This document shows, piece by piece, positions 19,470-30,648 of a DNA stretch of 64,000 bases (positions are counted from its first letter, which is position 1; the number at the start of each line of letters is the position of its first letter). The translations under genes and the position numbers were made by a program. The notes beneath the pieces were generated by a model, which was not told the origin of the DNA, made no database searches, and was given only the letters and a program-made list of their open reading frames with translations. Source of the stretch: Candidatus Latescibacterota bacterium (GTDB lineage Bacteria; Latescibacterota; UBA2968; SICM01); the NCBI GenBank assembly GCA_965217865.1, contig CBDCJO010000002.1:2912001-2976000 (forward strand). The letters are read 5' to 3'.

Positions 19470-20597
19470 TCATTTTTCATTTCCACGGTTTCGCCACCAG
19501 CGAAGCTCGTTGCTGCCTCGTTCTGCGGAAGCGATGATATCCAGCCGACCGTCCCCGTCGAGGTCGGACACCAGGACTGCGTTCGCGTTGATCCAGTTCT
19601 CTTTCAGCATCTGCATGTTCCATGGCCCCCGGGGATCCCCCTCATGCTTGAACAAGGCGATGCAGTCTCCCCCTCTCCAGCCTGTGGCGACAACCTCTAC
19701 ATCACCGTCGCCATCGAGGTCTGCAGCCAAAGCCTCGAAGGCGCTCGGAAAGGAATCGCAGATCACATGCCTTTTCCACGAGGACTCTTCAGGATGCCCG
19801 TCGTTTTCATACCAGACAAGAGATCCCGAGGGGAAGGGATCCTTTGACATCCCGAGCGCCATGACAACGTCCACATCCCCATCGCCGTCCATATCGACGG
19901 GATACCCGTGAGCTGGCATCGGTGAAGTGTCGATGATATGCTTCTTCCAGGGAAGACGGGTCGGATCCCCCGGATTTTCGTACCATACCACCTGGTTCGC
20001 CCCGCGGGCTGTACCCACAATGTCAACTTTACCGTCCCCGTTCACGTCCGCCGCACGAACAGTCCGAGTCTCCGCAATATTTTCTTCGATTGTGTGCCCG
20101 ATCCACTCCCCGGCGCGGTTTTCGAACCACACGAACCGGTTGCCCTTTCGCCAGCTGGACGCGGCGACATCCAGATCGCCGTCTCCGTCGAAATCGGCCA
20201 CCGTCACGTCGTAGGCCCCCGGCAATCCCCCCTCTGACACGTAATGATGATCCCAGGATCGAATCTCCCGGGGATCACCGCTGTATTCGAGCCACAACAA
20301 ACTTCCGTTCAGGTTATCCACAATGACGATTTCAGGACGCCCATCTCCGTTGATATCGGCGATGACGTGGCGCTCCAGCCATTCCCCACTTCCTTCTCGA
20401 ATGACGTGTTGGACAAAATTTCCCCCTCCGTCGTTCTCAAACCAGTATAGCCCCACGTTCGTGTCCGCAGCCACAAGGTCGACGTGACCGTCACCGTCGA
20501 TATCCGCGGCGGATATCCCATAGGCGTAAGTAAAATCCGCCTTGATAAGATGATCCTCAAAGCGGATATATTCAACCGTGCTCTGTTTCTTTTCCAA
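19470..20597 (-). CDS. FG-GAP/VCBS repeat beta-propeller protein
   Basis: About 7 D(I/L/F)DGDG.xD repeats, each followed by W(F/Y)EN. Confidence 0.9.
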   Translation of the reverse strand: MEKKQSTVEYIRFEDHLIKADFTYAYGISAADIDGDGHVDLVAADTNVGLYWFENDGGGNFVQHVIREGSGEWLERHVIADINGDGRPEIVIVDNLNGSLLWLEYSGDPREIRSWDHHYVSEGGLPGAYDVTVADFDGDGDLDVAASSWRKGNRFVWFENRAGEWIGHTIEENIAETRTVRAADVNGDGKVDIVGTARGANQVVWYENPGDPTRLPWKKHIIDTSPMPAHGYPVDMDGDGDVDVVMALGMSKDPFPSGSLVWYENDGHPEESSWKRHVICDSFPSAFEALAADLDGDGDVEVVATGWRGGDCIALFKHEGDPRGPWNMQMLKENWINANAVLVSDLDGDGRLDIIASAERGSNELRWWRNRGNEK

Positions 20598-20625
20598 TCC
20601 CGGAGGTCCCCCCTTGGCGCAACCC

Positions 20626-22011
20626 TTACGCCATCTTCAGAAGCCTTTTCCCCTTGCGGATCTGTGCCCGTACTGAACGACGTGAGGTCCCGCCTGGAAC
20701 ATCCCTCAAAGCGATGCTGCTTTCCGGGGTAAGGATCTTATACACATCCCGCTGGAACCGACTCGACTGCTTCCGAAAATCCTCGATCGGAAGGTCACGA
20801 AGATCGATTCCTCTGTCAACCGCCTCCCGGACCAGTTCCCCCACGACGCGATGGCCCTCCCGGAAGCTCAACCCTTTTTTCACTAAATAATCCGACAGGT
20901 CCGTGGAAAGCATCTGGTCCTGGATGGCAGCGTGCATCCGATCTTGCCGGAGTTGAAGTGTTTCCCAAACCCCTGTGAATACCGACAGAGCCATCTCCAT
21001 CGTCTCTGCCGAGTCGAAAAGCGGTTCCTTGTCCTCCTGCATATCCTTCGCGTAGGACATCGGAAGACCCTTCATCACGGTCAGGAGCGCGATCATGTTG
21101 CCGTAGACACGTCCTGTCTTTCCACGGATCAGTTCCACGGAATCTGGGTTTTTTTTCTGTGGCATCAAACTGGATCCGGTCGAAAACGCTTCGTCTAACG
21201 CTACGAAACCGAATTCCGAAGAGGACCAGATGATGAGATCTTCACAGAATCGGCTGAGGTGGGCCATCGTGATTGCAGCAGCGCTGAGGAATTCGAGGAT
21301 GTAGTCCCGATCGCTGACCGCGTCCAGGCTGTTTTCTGTCAGGGCGGAAAACCCCAGCTCCTTTCGGATGGCCTGTCGGTCGATCGGGAAAGCCGATCCG
21401 GCCAGTGCACCGGAACCCAGAGGCATCCGATCCGCCCGCCGCCGGCAGTCTCTCAGGCGGCCTTTGTCCCGCTCCAGGGAGAAGAAGATGGACATCGCGT
21501 AATGAGAAAAAAGGATGGGCTGCGCCTGCTGAAGATGGGTGTACCCCGGCATCATGGTATCGAAGTGGTCCTCGGCCTTTGTGATCAGGACCGACTGTGC
21601 ACGTTCGATCCGGCCGATAACGCGGTCAATCGTCTCGAGCATGTATAGCCGTTCATCCAACGCCACCTGGTCGTTCCGGCTGCGCCCTGTGTGGAGCTTT
21701 TCCCCCGCAAGCCCGACGATCTCGATCAGACGTTTTTCGACCGCCATGTGAATGTCTTCCAAATCGTCGGTCAAGCTCAGCTTTCCAGAGTCGATCTCCC
21801 CCTCGACCTTTCGAAGGCCCCTGACGATCCTGGTGCATTCTGCCTTGGATAGAACCCCGGCACCGCAAAGCCCGTGGGCCTGTGCGATGCTCCCCCGGAT
21901 ATCCTCCCGATAGAGCTTTCGGTCAAACCCTATGGACGCGTTGAATCGCTCCATCAGCGGATCCAGGCCTTTCTGAATCCGGCCTTGTCTCTTCGACCTT
22001 TTACGGTTCAT
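20626..22011 (-). CDS. argH: Argininosuccinate lyase
   Basis: EDIHMAVE, LHTGRSRNDQVALD, MPGYTHLQQAQP, STGSSLMPQKKNPD. Confidence 0.97.
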   Translation of the reverse strand: MNRKRSKRQGRIQKGLDPLMERFNASIGFDRKLYREDIRGSIAQAHGLCGAGVLSKAECTRIVRGLRKVEGEIDSGKLSLTDDLEDIHMAVEKRLIEIVGLAGEKLHTGRSRNDQVALDERLYMLETIDRVIGRIERAQSVLITKAEDHFDTMMPGYTHLQQAQPILFSHYAMSIFFSLERDKGRLRDCRRRADRMPLGSGALAGSAFPIDRQAIRKELGFSALTENSLDAVSDRDYILEFLSAAAITMAHLSRFCEDLIIWSSSEFGFVALDEAFSTGSSLMPQKKNPDSVELIRGKTGRVYGNMIALLTVMKGLPMSYAKDMQEDKEPLFDSAETMEMALSVFTGVWETLQLRQDRMHAAIQDQMLSTDLSDYLVKKGLSFREGHRVVGELVREAVDRGIDLRDLPIEDFRKQSSRFQRDVYKILTPESSIALRDVPGGTSRRSVRAQIRKGKRLLKMA

Positions 22012-22060
22012 AGAATCACAAAATGATGAAGTTAAATGTCTCTGTCAACCTAAAACCTCC

Positions 22061-22089
22061 TTGACACGTGAAGGGGGGACGAATATCAT
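22061..22089 (+). promoter_or_regulatory. Putative sigma70 promoter for the NUDIX gene
   Basis: TTGACA-17nt-TATCAT just upstream of the ORF. Confidence 0.55.
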
Positions 22090-22104
22090 ACCGCGTATCC
22101 CGAC

Positions 22105-22617
22105 TTGGATCGACAAACTCTTAAATCCCGAGTTGCCGAAATGAATCTCAGCGTTTTTGTCGCCACCTTCATCTTTAACGGAGATGCGGTTCTACTCTTG
22201 GAGCGAGCAGCCTCGGCGGGTTTTGCGCCCGGAAAGTGGACCGGCGTTGGGGGTAAGGTTGAACGCAGCGAGTTGGACGATCTCGAAGCGGCCGCCCTGA
22301 GAGAAATTTTCGAAGAGACAGGGTTGGGGCGTTCAGACCTGAGCCACATGCGTCTCAAATTCGTGCTGACCCTGCCCGAGTCGGGAGGTATCTCCGTACT
22401 CGTCTTCTTCTCCGCTCGGACCAAAAAGCGGGACGTTGGACCTTGCGACGAGGGAAACTTGCACTGGGTTTTAACAGAAGAACTCAAGTCAATCGATATG
22501 ATCGATAACGCCAGTCGCGTCCTGAATGTCCTGATCCAGGACCGGCAGACGGGAAACGGAACCACCCATTACGGCGTGTCCATGCCCGGAGGAGACACCG
22601 ATTGGGCTTCGCTCTGA
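22105..22617 (+). CDS. NUDIX hydrolase (MutT-like)
   Basis: W.GVGGKVE..E....AALREIFEETGL Nudix box. Confidence 0.9.
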   Translation: MDRQTLKSRVAEMNLSVFVATFIFNGDAVLLLERAASAGFAPGKWTGVGGKVERSELDDLEAAALREIFEETGLGRSDLSHMRLKFVLTLPESGGISVLVFFSARTKKRDVGPCDEGNLHWVLTEELKSIDMIDNASRVLNVLIQDRQTGNGTTHYGVSMPGGDTDWASL

Positions 22618-22793
22618 ATTTGCCTCTACATTTCCATTTTCCACAACCCCAAAAACGCCATAGGCTTTTTTTTATCCTCCCACCGAATCGGTTCGATCTT
22701 ACCCCCCTCACTCCTCATTTTTTTCGAACTTCATACCTCTCGATCCCGGGGCTCCCCTTCAATCTTCAATCTTCAATCTTAAAGGTTCAATCC

Positions 22794-23600
22794 TCAATAC
22801 TTCCCCCGCCTCCGCTCTTTCATCGGTAAGATTTCCAGACAACAGGTCCACCAGCCAGTAAGGATTGTGTCGATGAATTCCTGCGGCAGTCCTTCCGCCT
22901 GCATTTCTGAGGCAAGCCTGGGGTGATCATAGTTGAGAGTCACGAACTCTACCGTCAAGTCCTCCCCCCCGGCGGTCATCAAAACGTACCGGATTCCCGT
23001 AAGACCGTCGTTTGCCGGTCGACCGATGACCCCCACGTTGATGAAGTGTTTGTCCCTCTCAAGCTGACGATGCCAGTGAAGGCCCGTATGCGTGGCCAGA
23101 ACTACATCGGTTTGGTTGTCCTTGGACAGTTTTTCCAGAAAGTGCGTTGGTGTGGTCGACTCCCAGAGGAACTCATTGACCCTTCGGGGAGATCCGTGGC
23201 ACATCAGCACCCGGTACCCGCCGAGTTCGATGCGAATAGACTGCGGGAGCCCCTTGAGCCAGAGCTTATTCGGGTCGCTCGTGTTCGTAAACGTATAGTC
23301 ATAGCTGATCTTGGCAAAGGCATTGTCCCGCGGATCCGTATAACCGCATTGACAGTCAGCCAGTCCGTTTCCAACGGAATGATCGTAATTCCCCTGAACG
23401 GTACGCACCCCGCCTTCTTTCAGGATCGGGAAAACCCGATCCGGGTGAGGTCCGAACCCGCCGATATCCCCCAGGCAAAAAAGTCCTTCAGCGCCCCGGA
23501 TTCTGGCATCTTCCAGTACCGCCTGGAGGGCGATATAATTACTGTATACGCCCCCGAATACAGCGATTCGATTGAATCGTTCCAAAGCAGGAAAGCCCAC
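22794..23600 (-). CDS. Calcineurin-like metallophosphoesterase
   Basis: GGVYSN (variant of DxHGN), CLGDIGGFGPHP, QGNYD, CHGSP, ATHTG, INVG. Confidence 0.85.
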   Translation of the reverse strand: MGFPALERFNRIAVFGGVYSNYIALQAVLEDARIRGAEGLFCLGDIGGFGPHPDRVFPILKEGGVRTVQGNYDHSVGNGLADCQCGYTDPRDNAFAKISYDYTFTNTSDPNKLWLKGLPQSIRIELGGYRVLMCHGSPRRVNEFLWESTTPTHFLEKLSKDNQTDVVLATHTGLHWHRQLERDKHFINVGVIGRPANDGLTGIRYVLMTAGGEDLTVEFVTLNYDHPRLASEMQAEGLPQEFIDTILTGWWTCCLEILPMKERRRGKY

Positions 23601-23739
23601 GCTGAGGCCTGGGGGATGTTGGTAAGTCGCGAGACCCGGAGGGAAGATCGTCTGAAAGTCGGGTTCAACTCGGGGACCGGGGCGCTAGTTAACGGTTGGG
23701 ACGCGCGAGGCTATTGCGGGCTCGATTCTGGATTCGGGT

Positions 23740-23925
23740 TTGATGAACGAGGTCGCTTCCGAGAAGCGGCAGGTGGATACGGCCAAGTCGGTCCTAAAGA
23801 ATGTTCCGGACGTGAGAGAGGATCGTGTCGCCAAAGCGAAACGTGACGTTGCCAATGGAACTTTCGACACTCCCAAAGTTCGGGAGCAAACGGCAGGAAA
23901 AATTATCGATCATATAGTCGGATAG
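23740..23925 (+). CDS. flgM: FlgM-like anti-sigma-28 domain (5' part truncated or frameshifted)
   Basis: VPDVREDRVAKAKRDVANGTF...TAGKII is the FlgM C-terminal signature; no clean upstream start. Confidence 0.6.
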   Translation: MMNEVASEKRQVDTAKSVLKNVPDVREDRVAKAKRDVANGTFDTPKVREQTAGKIIDHIVG

Positions 23926-23955
23926 AGACGAATTATCGAGCATAGATTGAATATG

Positions 23956-23986
23956 AAAACGGTGGTCACGGACCACCGTTTTTTTT
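23956..23986. repeat. Palindromic hairpin, copy 1 (bidirectional terminator-like)
   Basis: AAAACGGTGGTC-ACG-GACCACCGTTTT. Confidence 0.75.
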
Positions 23987-24181
23987 ATAACAGATTTATC
24001 ACCTTTCCGTACATCCCATAATTCCCAATCCCCCTGCTTTTTTTTCAGATCGTTTCCTTCCGCCATAGCGTTTCGCTAAAATCTCCGGCCTCGACAATAA
24101 GACAACTGGGAATACCCTGGTAAAGGGGATCCTGGCATTCCATTGGGCTTGAAAGGTTCCCGGTCTTCCAGGGAAACTATG

Positions 24182-24216
24182 AAAAAACGGTGGTCATTTT
24201 CGACCACCGTTTTTTT
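24182..24216. repeat. Palindromic hairpin, copy 2 (bidirectional terminator-like)
   Basis: AAAAAACGGTGGTC-ATTTTC-GACCACCGTTTTTT; same stem as copy 1. Confidence 0.75.
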
Positions 24217-24249
24217 AGAGCCGCAAGTTCCACCGATCCCGTAACCGGA

Positions 24250-25668
24250 TCACGCGTCGTAGTAGAGCGCGAACTCATAGGGGTGCGGCCGGAGCTGCAA
24301 TTCTCCCACTTCGTTTTCCATCTTGTATTCGATCCAGGTTTCGATGACGTCCTCTGTGAAAACGTCTCCGTTGAGGAGGTAGGCATGATCCTCCTTTAAG
24401 GCGGCGAGGGCGTCTTCGAGGGATCCTACTGTGGATGGGATTTTTGCCATTTCTTCGGGCTCGAGGTCGTAAAGGTCCTTGTCGAGCGGATCCCCCGGGT
24501 CGATCTTGTTCTGAATCCCGTCCAAACCGGCCATCAGCATGGCCGAGAAGGCCAAGTATGGATTGCAGGTGGCGTCCGGGCAGCGGAACTCCAACCGCTT
24601 GGACTTGGGATTGGTGGAATAGACGGGGATGCGGACGGCAGCGCTCCGGTTACGCTGAGAGTAGGCCAGGTTGACCGGGGCTTCGAAACCGGGCACGAGC
24701 CGTTTGTAGGAGTTGGTGGTCGGTGCTGCAAAGGCCAAAAGGGACGAGGCGTGCTTGAGAAGGCCGCCGATGTAGTGAAGGGCCATTTCGCTCAATCCGG
24801 CGAAACCGGATCCCGCGAAGAGGGGGGTATCCCCCTTCCAGAGGCTCTGATGGACGTGCATGCCCGTCCCGTTGTCATCGAACAGGGGCTTGGGCATGAA
24901 GGTAGCGGTCTTGCCGTGCTTTTTCGCGACGTTCTTAACGATGTATTTATATAGGATGAGCTGGTCTGCACAGGAGAGGAGGGGGGAGAACCGGAAGTCG
25001 ATTTCACCCTGTCCCCCTGTGGCCACCTCATGATGGTGGGCTTCGACGTTTATGCCGCTCTCGATCATCGTCAGCATCATTTCGCTGCGTATGTTCTGAA
25101 GGGAGTCTGAGGGCGGTACGGGGAAATATCCCTCTTTGTATCTCGGTTTATAACCGAGGTTGGGTTTTTCGTCTTTCCCCGAGTTCCATCGTCCTTCAAC
25201 CGAATCGACGTAGTAGTATCCACAATCGTGGGTCTGATCGAAGCGGATGTCGTCGAAGATGAAGAATTCAGCCTCCGGCCCGAAGAAAGCGGTGTCTGCA
25301 ATTCCGGATGACTTAAGGTAGTTTTCGGCCTTCCGGGCAACGCTCCTGGGGTCGCGGCTATATTGGCTTCTTGTGACGGGATCGCGGATGTCGCAGATCA
25401 TGCTCAATGTCGGCGGATCCATGAACGGATCGATGATGGCGGTATCTGGGTCCGGGACAATGAGCATATCGCTTTCGTTGATGGACTGCCAACCGCGGAT
25501 GCTGGATCCGTCAAACCCAACTCCGTCCTCGAAAACTTCCTCATCGAGAGAGTCGATGGGAACGGAGAAGTGCTGCCAGAGGCCTGGGAAATCCATAAAT
25601 TTGTAGTCGAGGATTTTCAGGCCGTTGTCTTTGGCCATCTTGATCACTTGCTGGGGTGTTTTTCCCAT
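24250..25668 (-). CDS. glnA: Glutamine synthetase type I
   Basis: [57 protein letters not shown] adenylylation site; likely start MGKTP at 25668. Confidence 0.97.
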   Translation of the reverse strand: MGKTPQQVIKMAKDNGLKILDYKFMDFPGLWQHFSVPIDSLDEEVFEDGVGFDGSSIRGWQSINESDMLIVPDPDTAIIDPFMDPPTLSMICDIRDPVTRSQYSRDPRSVARKAENYLKSSGIADTAFFGPEAEFFIFDDIRFDQTHDCGYYYVDSVEGRWNSGKDEKPNLGYKPRYKEGYFPVPPSDSLQNIRSEMMLTMIESGINVEAHHHEVATGGQGEIDFRFSPLLSCADQLILYKYIVKNVAKKHGKTATFMPKPLFDDNGTGMHVHQSLWKGDTPLFAGSGFAGLSEMALHYIGGLLKHASSLLAFAAPTTNSYKRLVPGFEAPVNLAYSQRNRSAAVRIPVYSTNPKSKRLEFRCPDATCNPYLAFSAMLMAGLDGIQNKIDPGDPLDKDLYDLEPEEMAKIPSTVGSLEDALAALKEDHAYLLNGDVFTEDVIETWIEYKMENEVGELQLRPHPYEFALYYDA

Positions 25669-25770
25669 GTAGGGGCTCCTTTCGGAATGTTGTGGATAAC
25701 TCAGGTCTTCAGAGATGAGTGCCCAATATAAAATGAAAACCGACAAAACACAATTAAGAACTGGAAGCTC

Positions 25771-25785
25771 CCAATATAAATGCCA
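25771..25785 (-). promoter_or_regulatory. Possible sigma54 -24/-12 promoter for glnA
   Basis: Minus strand TGGCAT-TTATA-TTGG vs consensus TGGCAC-N5-TTGC (the -12 C is mismatched), about 100 bp upstream of glnA. Confidence 0.35.
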
Positions 25786-25865
25786 TATATTTCAAAGTCA
25801 TTTCGCCTGTGTTAACTTTATGTTAAATGTGGTAATAATCCGAGGATATCAGGACGGAATTTAAC

Positions 25866-28800
25866 GTGACATCGATCACTTTTGAAGGGTGCCTGATATC
25901 ACATCGTAAGGGTTGGAAAAGGGGGTATTTTATCCGAAGAATGTTGGAAAAAATAGTTGTGTTCAAACATGGCAATTCGTATATTAGGAACTCTTTGCTT
26001 TATATCTACTTACGAGCATTTTGCCAATCCGGACAGCCCACTTCGCAAGGCTTCGATGAAGGATTTAGGTTCAAACTGGCGAGCCTCGCTTTGCAGGCAC
26101 TTGGAGATTTTACGGTCATCTCATCGGTACAGCGATTCGATCCGGTGACGGGCATTCTGGAGATCCAGGGGATGGGCTTGTTCCTGGAGCCGGGCGCCAC
26201 ATTGGTGGGCGAAACGGGTCTGCCCGTGGCTATGGAGGAGATCACCCTCGGGGTCGGCCTGCGCGTGGAGGCAGAGCTGCGCGGATTCGGACCGCCCACG
26301 ATCGTCAGCGGGGGCGAGATCGACCCGGAGGATCTATTCGGAGGGGAAATTGCTGAGGCCGGGGCCGAGGATGTGCCTTTGGCCATCAATTCCGTGGTTT
26401 TCGAGCCTAATAACGAGGCGTTGACCGATGCAGTCGGTGTCCCGACGGATGCCGTCGTGAAGGTTGAGTTCAATCGACGGATCTCGTCGAGGCAATTCCT
26501 GCCGGTGGAGACACTGGCGCTTACGGGAAAATCCAGGAAAGTTTATGTGGTCGTAAGTGGTTTTAGTTCCACGGACGCAGGAACTTTCGCGGTCCAGGTC
26601 AATATCAACCCAAGGGTTGAGGACGGAAACCTGATCATTCCGTTGAGCCTGGAGGACAACACGGTTTACTCGATCTACATGGATCACCCCGATCTGGAAG
26701 AGCCGCTCACAGCGAGGTTCACGACAGGGGCCTCCTTGCCGGTGAGGTCGATTACGGGTAGCGTACGCAAACCCGGGATAAGGGATCTTTCCCTGCCTCC
26801 GAATCTTTCGGATAACCTCCTGACAGACCTGGATCTCGTGCCGAATCGACAAAACGCTCTGGTGTTCCTTCTGGACAGGGCTTTCCTGGATGAGAATCCG
26901 AATCTCAGCCCGGAGAATGTTCTCGCCAATGCCGGCGCACTCGTCAGGTGGTCCACGAGCGACTGGTCGTTCGAGATCACTGCCGTACCGGATGGTGATT
27001 ACGCTATCCTGGCCTTTGTGGATCTGGCACTCCTACGGCAGGACGGCTCACCGCCTTCCGCGAATGTCCAGGGGCTCTTCCGGGGGATTGTCCGACCGGA
27101 GTTTGCCCGAACAGATGATCCGGATGCGTTGATCGGACTTGAACAGGATGGGATTGACCCTGTGGTGGAACTTCTGTATCCCACCGCCCAACCTCTGGAG
27201 GTCGTCGGGGATAGCTTCCAGGGAGAGGGTAATAACACGAATGTCCCGCTGGAGACGACGGTTTCGGTGACATTCTCCGACCAACCTGCGCATTCGGGGA
27301 ACAGGATCGACGTGGATCTGCAGATCCTGCCCGACCCGCTTTCGGGACAGCTGCATCCCGGCCTCCTGAGGCGCAACAGCAATACGGTTTCTGCGAAGGT
27401 CAGGCTGAGACGGAACACCACCTATCAACTGATCGTGTTCGGTGCGAGGGGCCAGAACGTTCCGCCTTTGCGGGAACCTTATAAGAGCGACTTTTCAACA
27501 GGCGGTACCCTAGGCAGCGGTGTCGTATCGGGAAGGCTTATTGCTCCTCAGGATTTCGACTTCGATGCCCGGGTATCCCGAGGTTTCGTGGGATTGGTGC
27601 CGGCAAATGTCGATCTGAAGAGATTAAGCCCCGCTGACCTGCCGAGGTTCAGCACGGCTTCCGACCTGCCGCTCGGCAGCCAGTTCCAGGTCGAGAACAT
27701 CCTTCCGGGGCGCTACATCCTTGTCGCTGTGGTTGACCTGACAGAGGTCAAGGATCTCGGCGAAACGCTGACGAAACCAACGGCTTTGACCCAGGTCCTG
27801 GAGCCCGTCCCAGATCCGGAAGGCCCGCGACTCGTGATGGGTTTCTTCGACGGCAACGAGAACGGTGAGCTGGATCCGGATGACGCGATCGAGATCGCGG
27901 ATGGGGATCCCCCTCTTGAAGATTTAGAGATCCATATGGGATTCGAGTCGATCATCAAGGAGGCGCCCAGGGAACTGACAGTGACGACCACGAACCCGGG
28001 GGACTCTGAGACGAATGTTGAGGTCGAGACGTCGTTCTCGGTGACCTTCAGCGAACCGCTGGCTGCCGGAAAGCGGTTCGTGTCCGTGGATATGGCCTTT
28101 GATCCGGAGCCCGAGAAATTCGATAAGAAAAAGATAAAGGTCCGCGACAATGGGCACACAGCCTTCTTCCCCGTCGTACTTGCTGAAAACCAGACTTATA
28201 TCTGGACGATCCGAGATGCCGTCGGAGCCTCGGGGGCCAAGCTGCTCAATCCTGTCGACGTCATCCTCTCTACAGGGGACACACAGGAAGAGCCCGCAAG
28301 CGTCGGAGGGACCGTCGTGCTCGACGACGGCAGCACGCCGTTGGGCACAGTAAATCTTGTCGACGCGGAAGCCAGTGGAGGCGCAACGAAGGCGGCGGAG
28401 GTAGGATCGAAGGCGGACATCGATCCTTCAGGAGAATATCTTGTAGACAACATACCCGCCAATTCTTCGTTCATTCTCTTTGTCGAGGTGGATCTGGGGG
28501 ATGTCGGGGTTCAGCAGGTGTTCTTCGACACGGATGGGGATGGCCCGGATATCATCACGCTTGAAGAGGGAGAGGAGCTCACTGGGATCGATTTCACGAT
28601 CGAGGTGCCCGATCCACCGGAGCCCTCCGAACCGGGCGTTGAAGGCCCCAACCTGGGGGTCACCCTGTCTCCGGATGCGAATCCGGCGGAAGGAGACCAG
28701 GGACTCGTCACAGTGGCGGGACTCGGCACCAACGCACGCGTTGACATTGCGGTTTATATGAAGGACCTGGAGGATGTCTGGAGCTACACCATAACGGCAG

Positions 28801-30423
28801 AGTTCGACTCCGCGGCCGTGGCCTTCGACGGTGCGGACGCTCAGACTGAGGGTGAGGGCACAAATCTGCTGAATACGTCCGATGCGTTTGCTCTGTTTCT
28901 CCCCCCTCTTATCATCGAGGGAGTCTCCGCGGAATTCGGTGGAAGCCTCCTGGGTGGTCCCAATGCGGCCGAGGCCCCTGACGGCGACGGCCTGGGAGCT
29001 GTGTACCACTTCGTCACCAACCGGGGCTTTGTAGAGGAGACCACGATTACGTTCACTCAGATTGTGGTCAATGGGGTTGTGTCGGACGGCGTAACCGTAA
29101 CGGACACGAACAGTGTGCAAGCTGAGGTCACGCTGGTCCCGCTCACCGCTTCATTCGAACAGGCGGACTTCACAGCCATCGTGGAAGTGGAGGGACCGAT
29201 AGGTGCGGAAATTATCGACGAGAACGGGGTGTCCATCGGACGGGTCCTGGAGGAGGTGGTCTCAGAGGACACGCTGTATGTCAACGTTGTCGCGAACGAG
29301 GGGGCCGAGGGGGTTACCGGGTTCTCAGCCCGGTTTGAATTTAATCCCGCTCAGATCTCCTACGTGGAGAACAGCTTTGTCGAAGGATCGATGATGGTGG
29401 GTCTTACGCCTCTGACTCAGGCCGGATCCGGCTTTGTGGAAGTGGGCGGCGCGGCGATCGAGGCGCTGGGCGGAGAACCTTCAACCAGCGACAGCGGTGT
29501 TCTGGGCTCAGTTCAGTTCGCGATTGAGGAAGGCTTCTCAGGCGGAGCCTTCATCGCGATGACGAGCGCATCTTATCTGTCCGGGGAGACCCAGGAGGAG
29601 TTCGACCTTTACACGCTTATCCTCCTGGGAGAGGGCGGAAGAGACGATCGGGTTCGGCGATTTCTTCGCGTTTGCAGGTGCGTTCGGGACGAAGCCCGTG
29701 GCCACAAAACCGGTTGGGTTGGGTGCTACCGAAGCCAACGAGGGGACCAGCCTGGCGCTCAGACTTCTTCCGTCGGACGATCCCGATTTGCTGAACATCG
29801 GCCTGTTTTTCGAGAACGCGGTGTCACTGAAAGGTTACGGTGCCTATCTTGTCTACGATACGACCGAGCTGGCGTTCATCGAGTCGAAGCCAGCGGGAAC
29901 CTTCGAACCGGGTGAAGGGGAGCGGGCTGTTCTTCAAGTGTCGGGTGAAGGCGCGATGAGCCTGGGGGATGTCCTGCCATTGGGTTCCCTCGCCGGGGAA
30001 GGCTTGCTGTCCCTGATGAAATTCCGGGTGCTCCCAGGCGGGTCAATCGGGAGTTTACGGTTCGCGGAGAGTCTGATTCTCGACGAGAGCGGTCTGTCAC
30101 ATCCGGTGATGGGTGTAGGGTTAGAACAGGCGCGATTGGTGCCGGAGTCCTATGGCCTTGGACAGAACTTCCCGAACCCGTTCAATCCTGTGACGCAGAT
30201 AAACTATCAGGTTCCCCAGGATGGTCGGGTGCGTCTGGTTGTTTATAACTTGCTCGGCCAGGAGGTTCGAAGATTGGTGGACGGTCGGGTCGAGGCGGGA
30301 TTTTATCAGATGGTCTGGGACGGCCGGGATGCCCTGGGGCGGTCGGTCTCGAGCGGGGTGTATTTCTACCGGATGGTGGCGGGGGAGTTCTCGCAGGTCC
30401 GGAAGATGGTATTTTTGAAGTGA
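25866..30423 (+). CDS. Giant secreted modular protein 1: Ig-like repeats, cohesin-like domains, dockerin/EF-hand-like motif, C-terminal FlgD-Ig sorting domain; one frameshift near 29640
   Basis: ORFs 25866..29915 and 29698..30423 join; repeated 'NV..ET..SVTFS' Ig-like units, 'GFSARFEFNPAQISY' cohesin-like, out-of-frame IGFGDFFAFAGAFG, terminal LGQNFPNPFNP...SGVYFYRM...KMVFLK. True start unclear. Confidence 0.75.
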
Positions 30424-30449
30424 CGGAATTTTAGGGGATAACGGGGTGA

Positions 30450-30490
30450 AAGCAGGCGTGGTCTGGTGAATGGCCATGCCTGCTTTTTTT
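30450..30490 (+). terminator. Intrinsic terminator
   Basis: Stem AAGCAGGCGTGGTC / GGCCATGCCTGCTT followed by a T run. Confidence 0.8.
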
Positions 30491-30648
30491 GTGGGGAATT
30501 AAAACGAAAAGTGAAAAATAAACATTGCATGTTGAAGGACGGATTATCTTGCTGATTTTGAAGTGACCCATTAAATTGTTACCACATTCCTAATAAGATT
30601 TTATAAAACTTAATGGTCAACGAGATTTGCTTCCGGGGGAGCAATATT

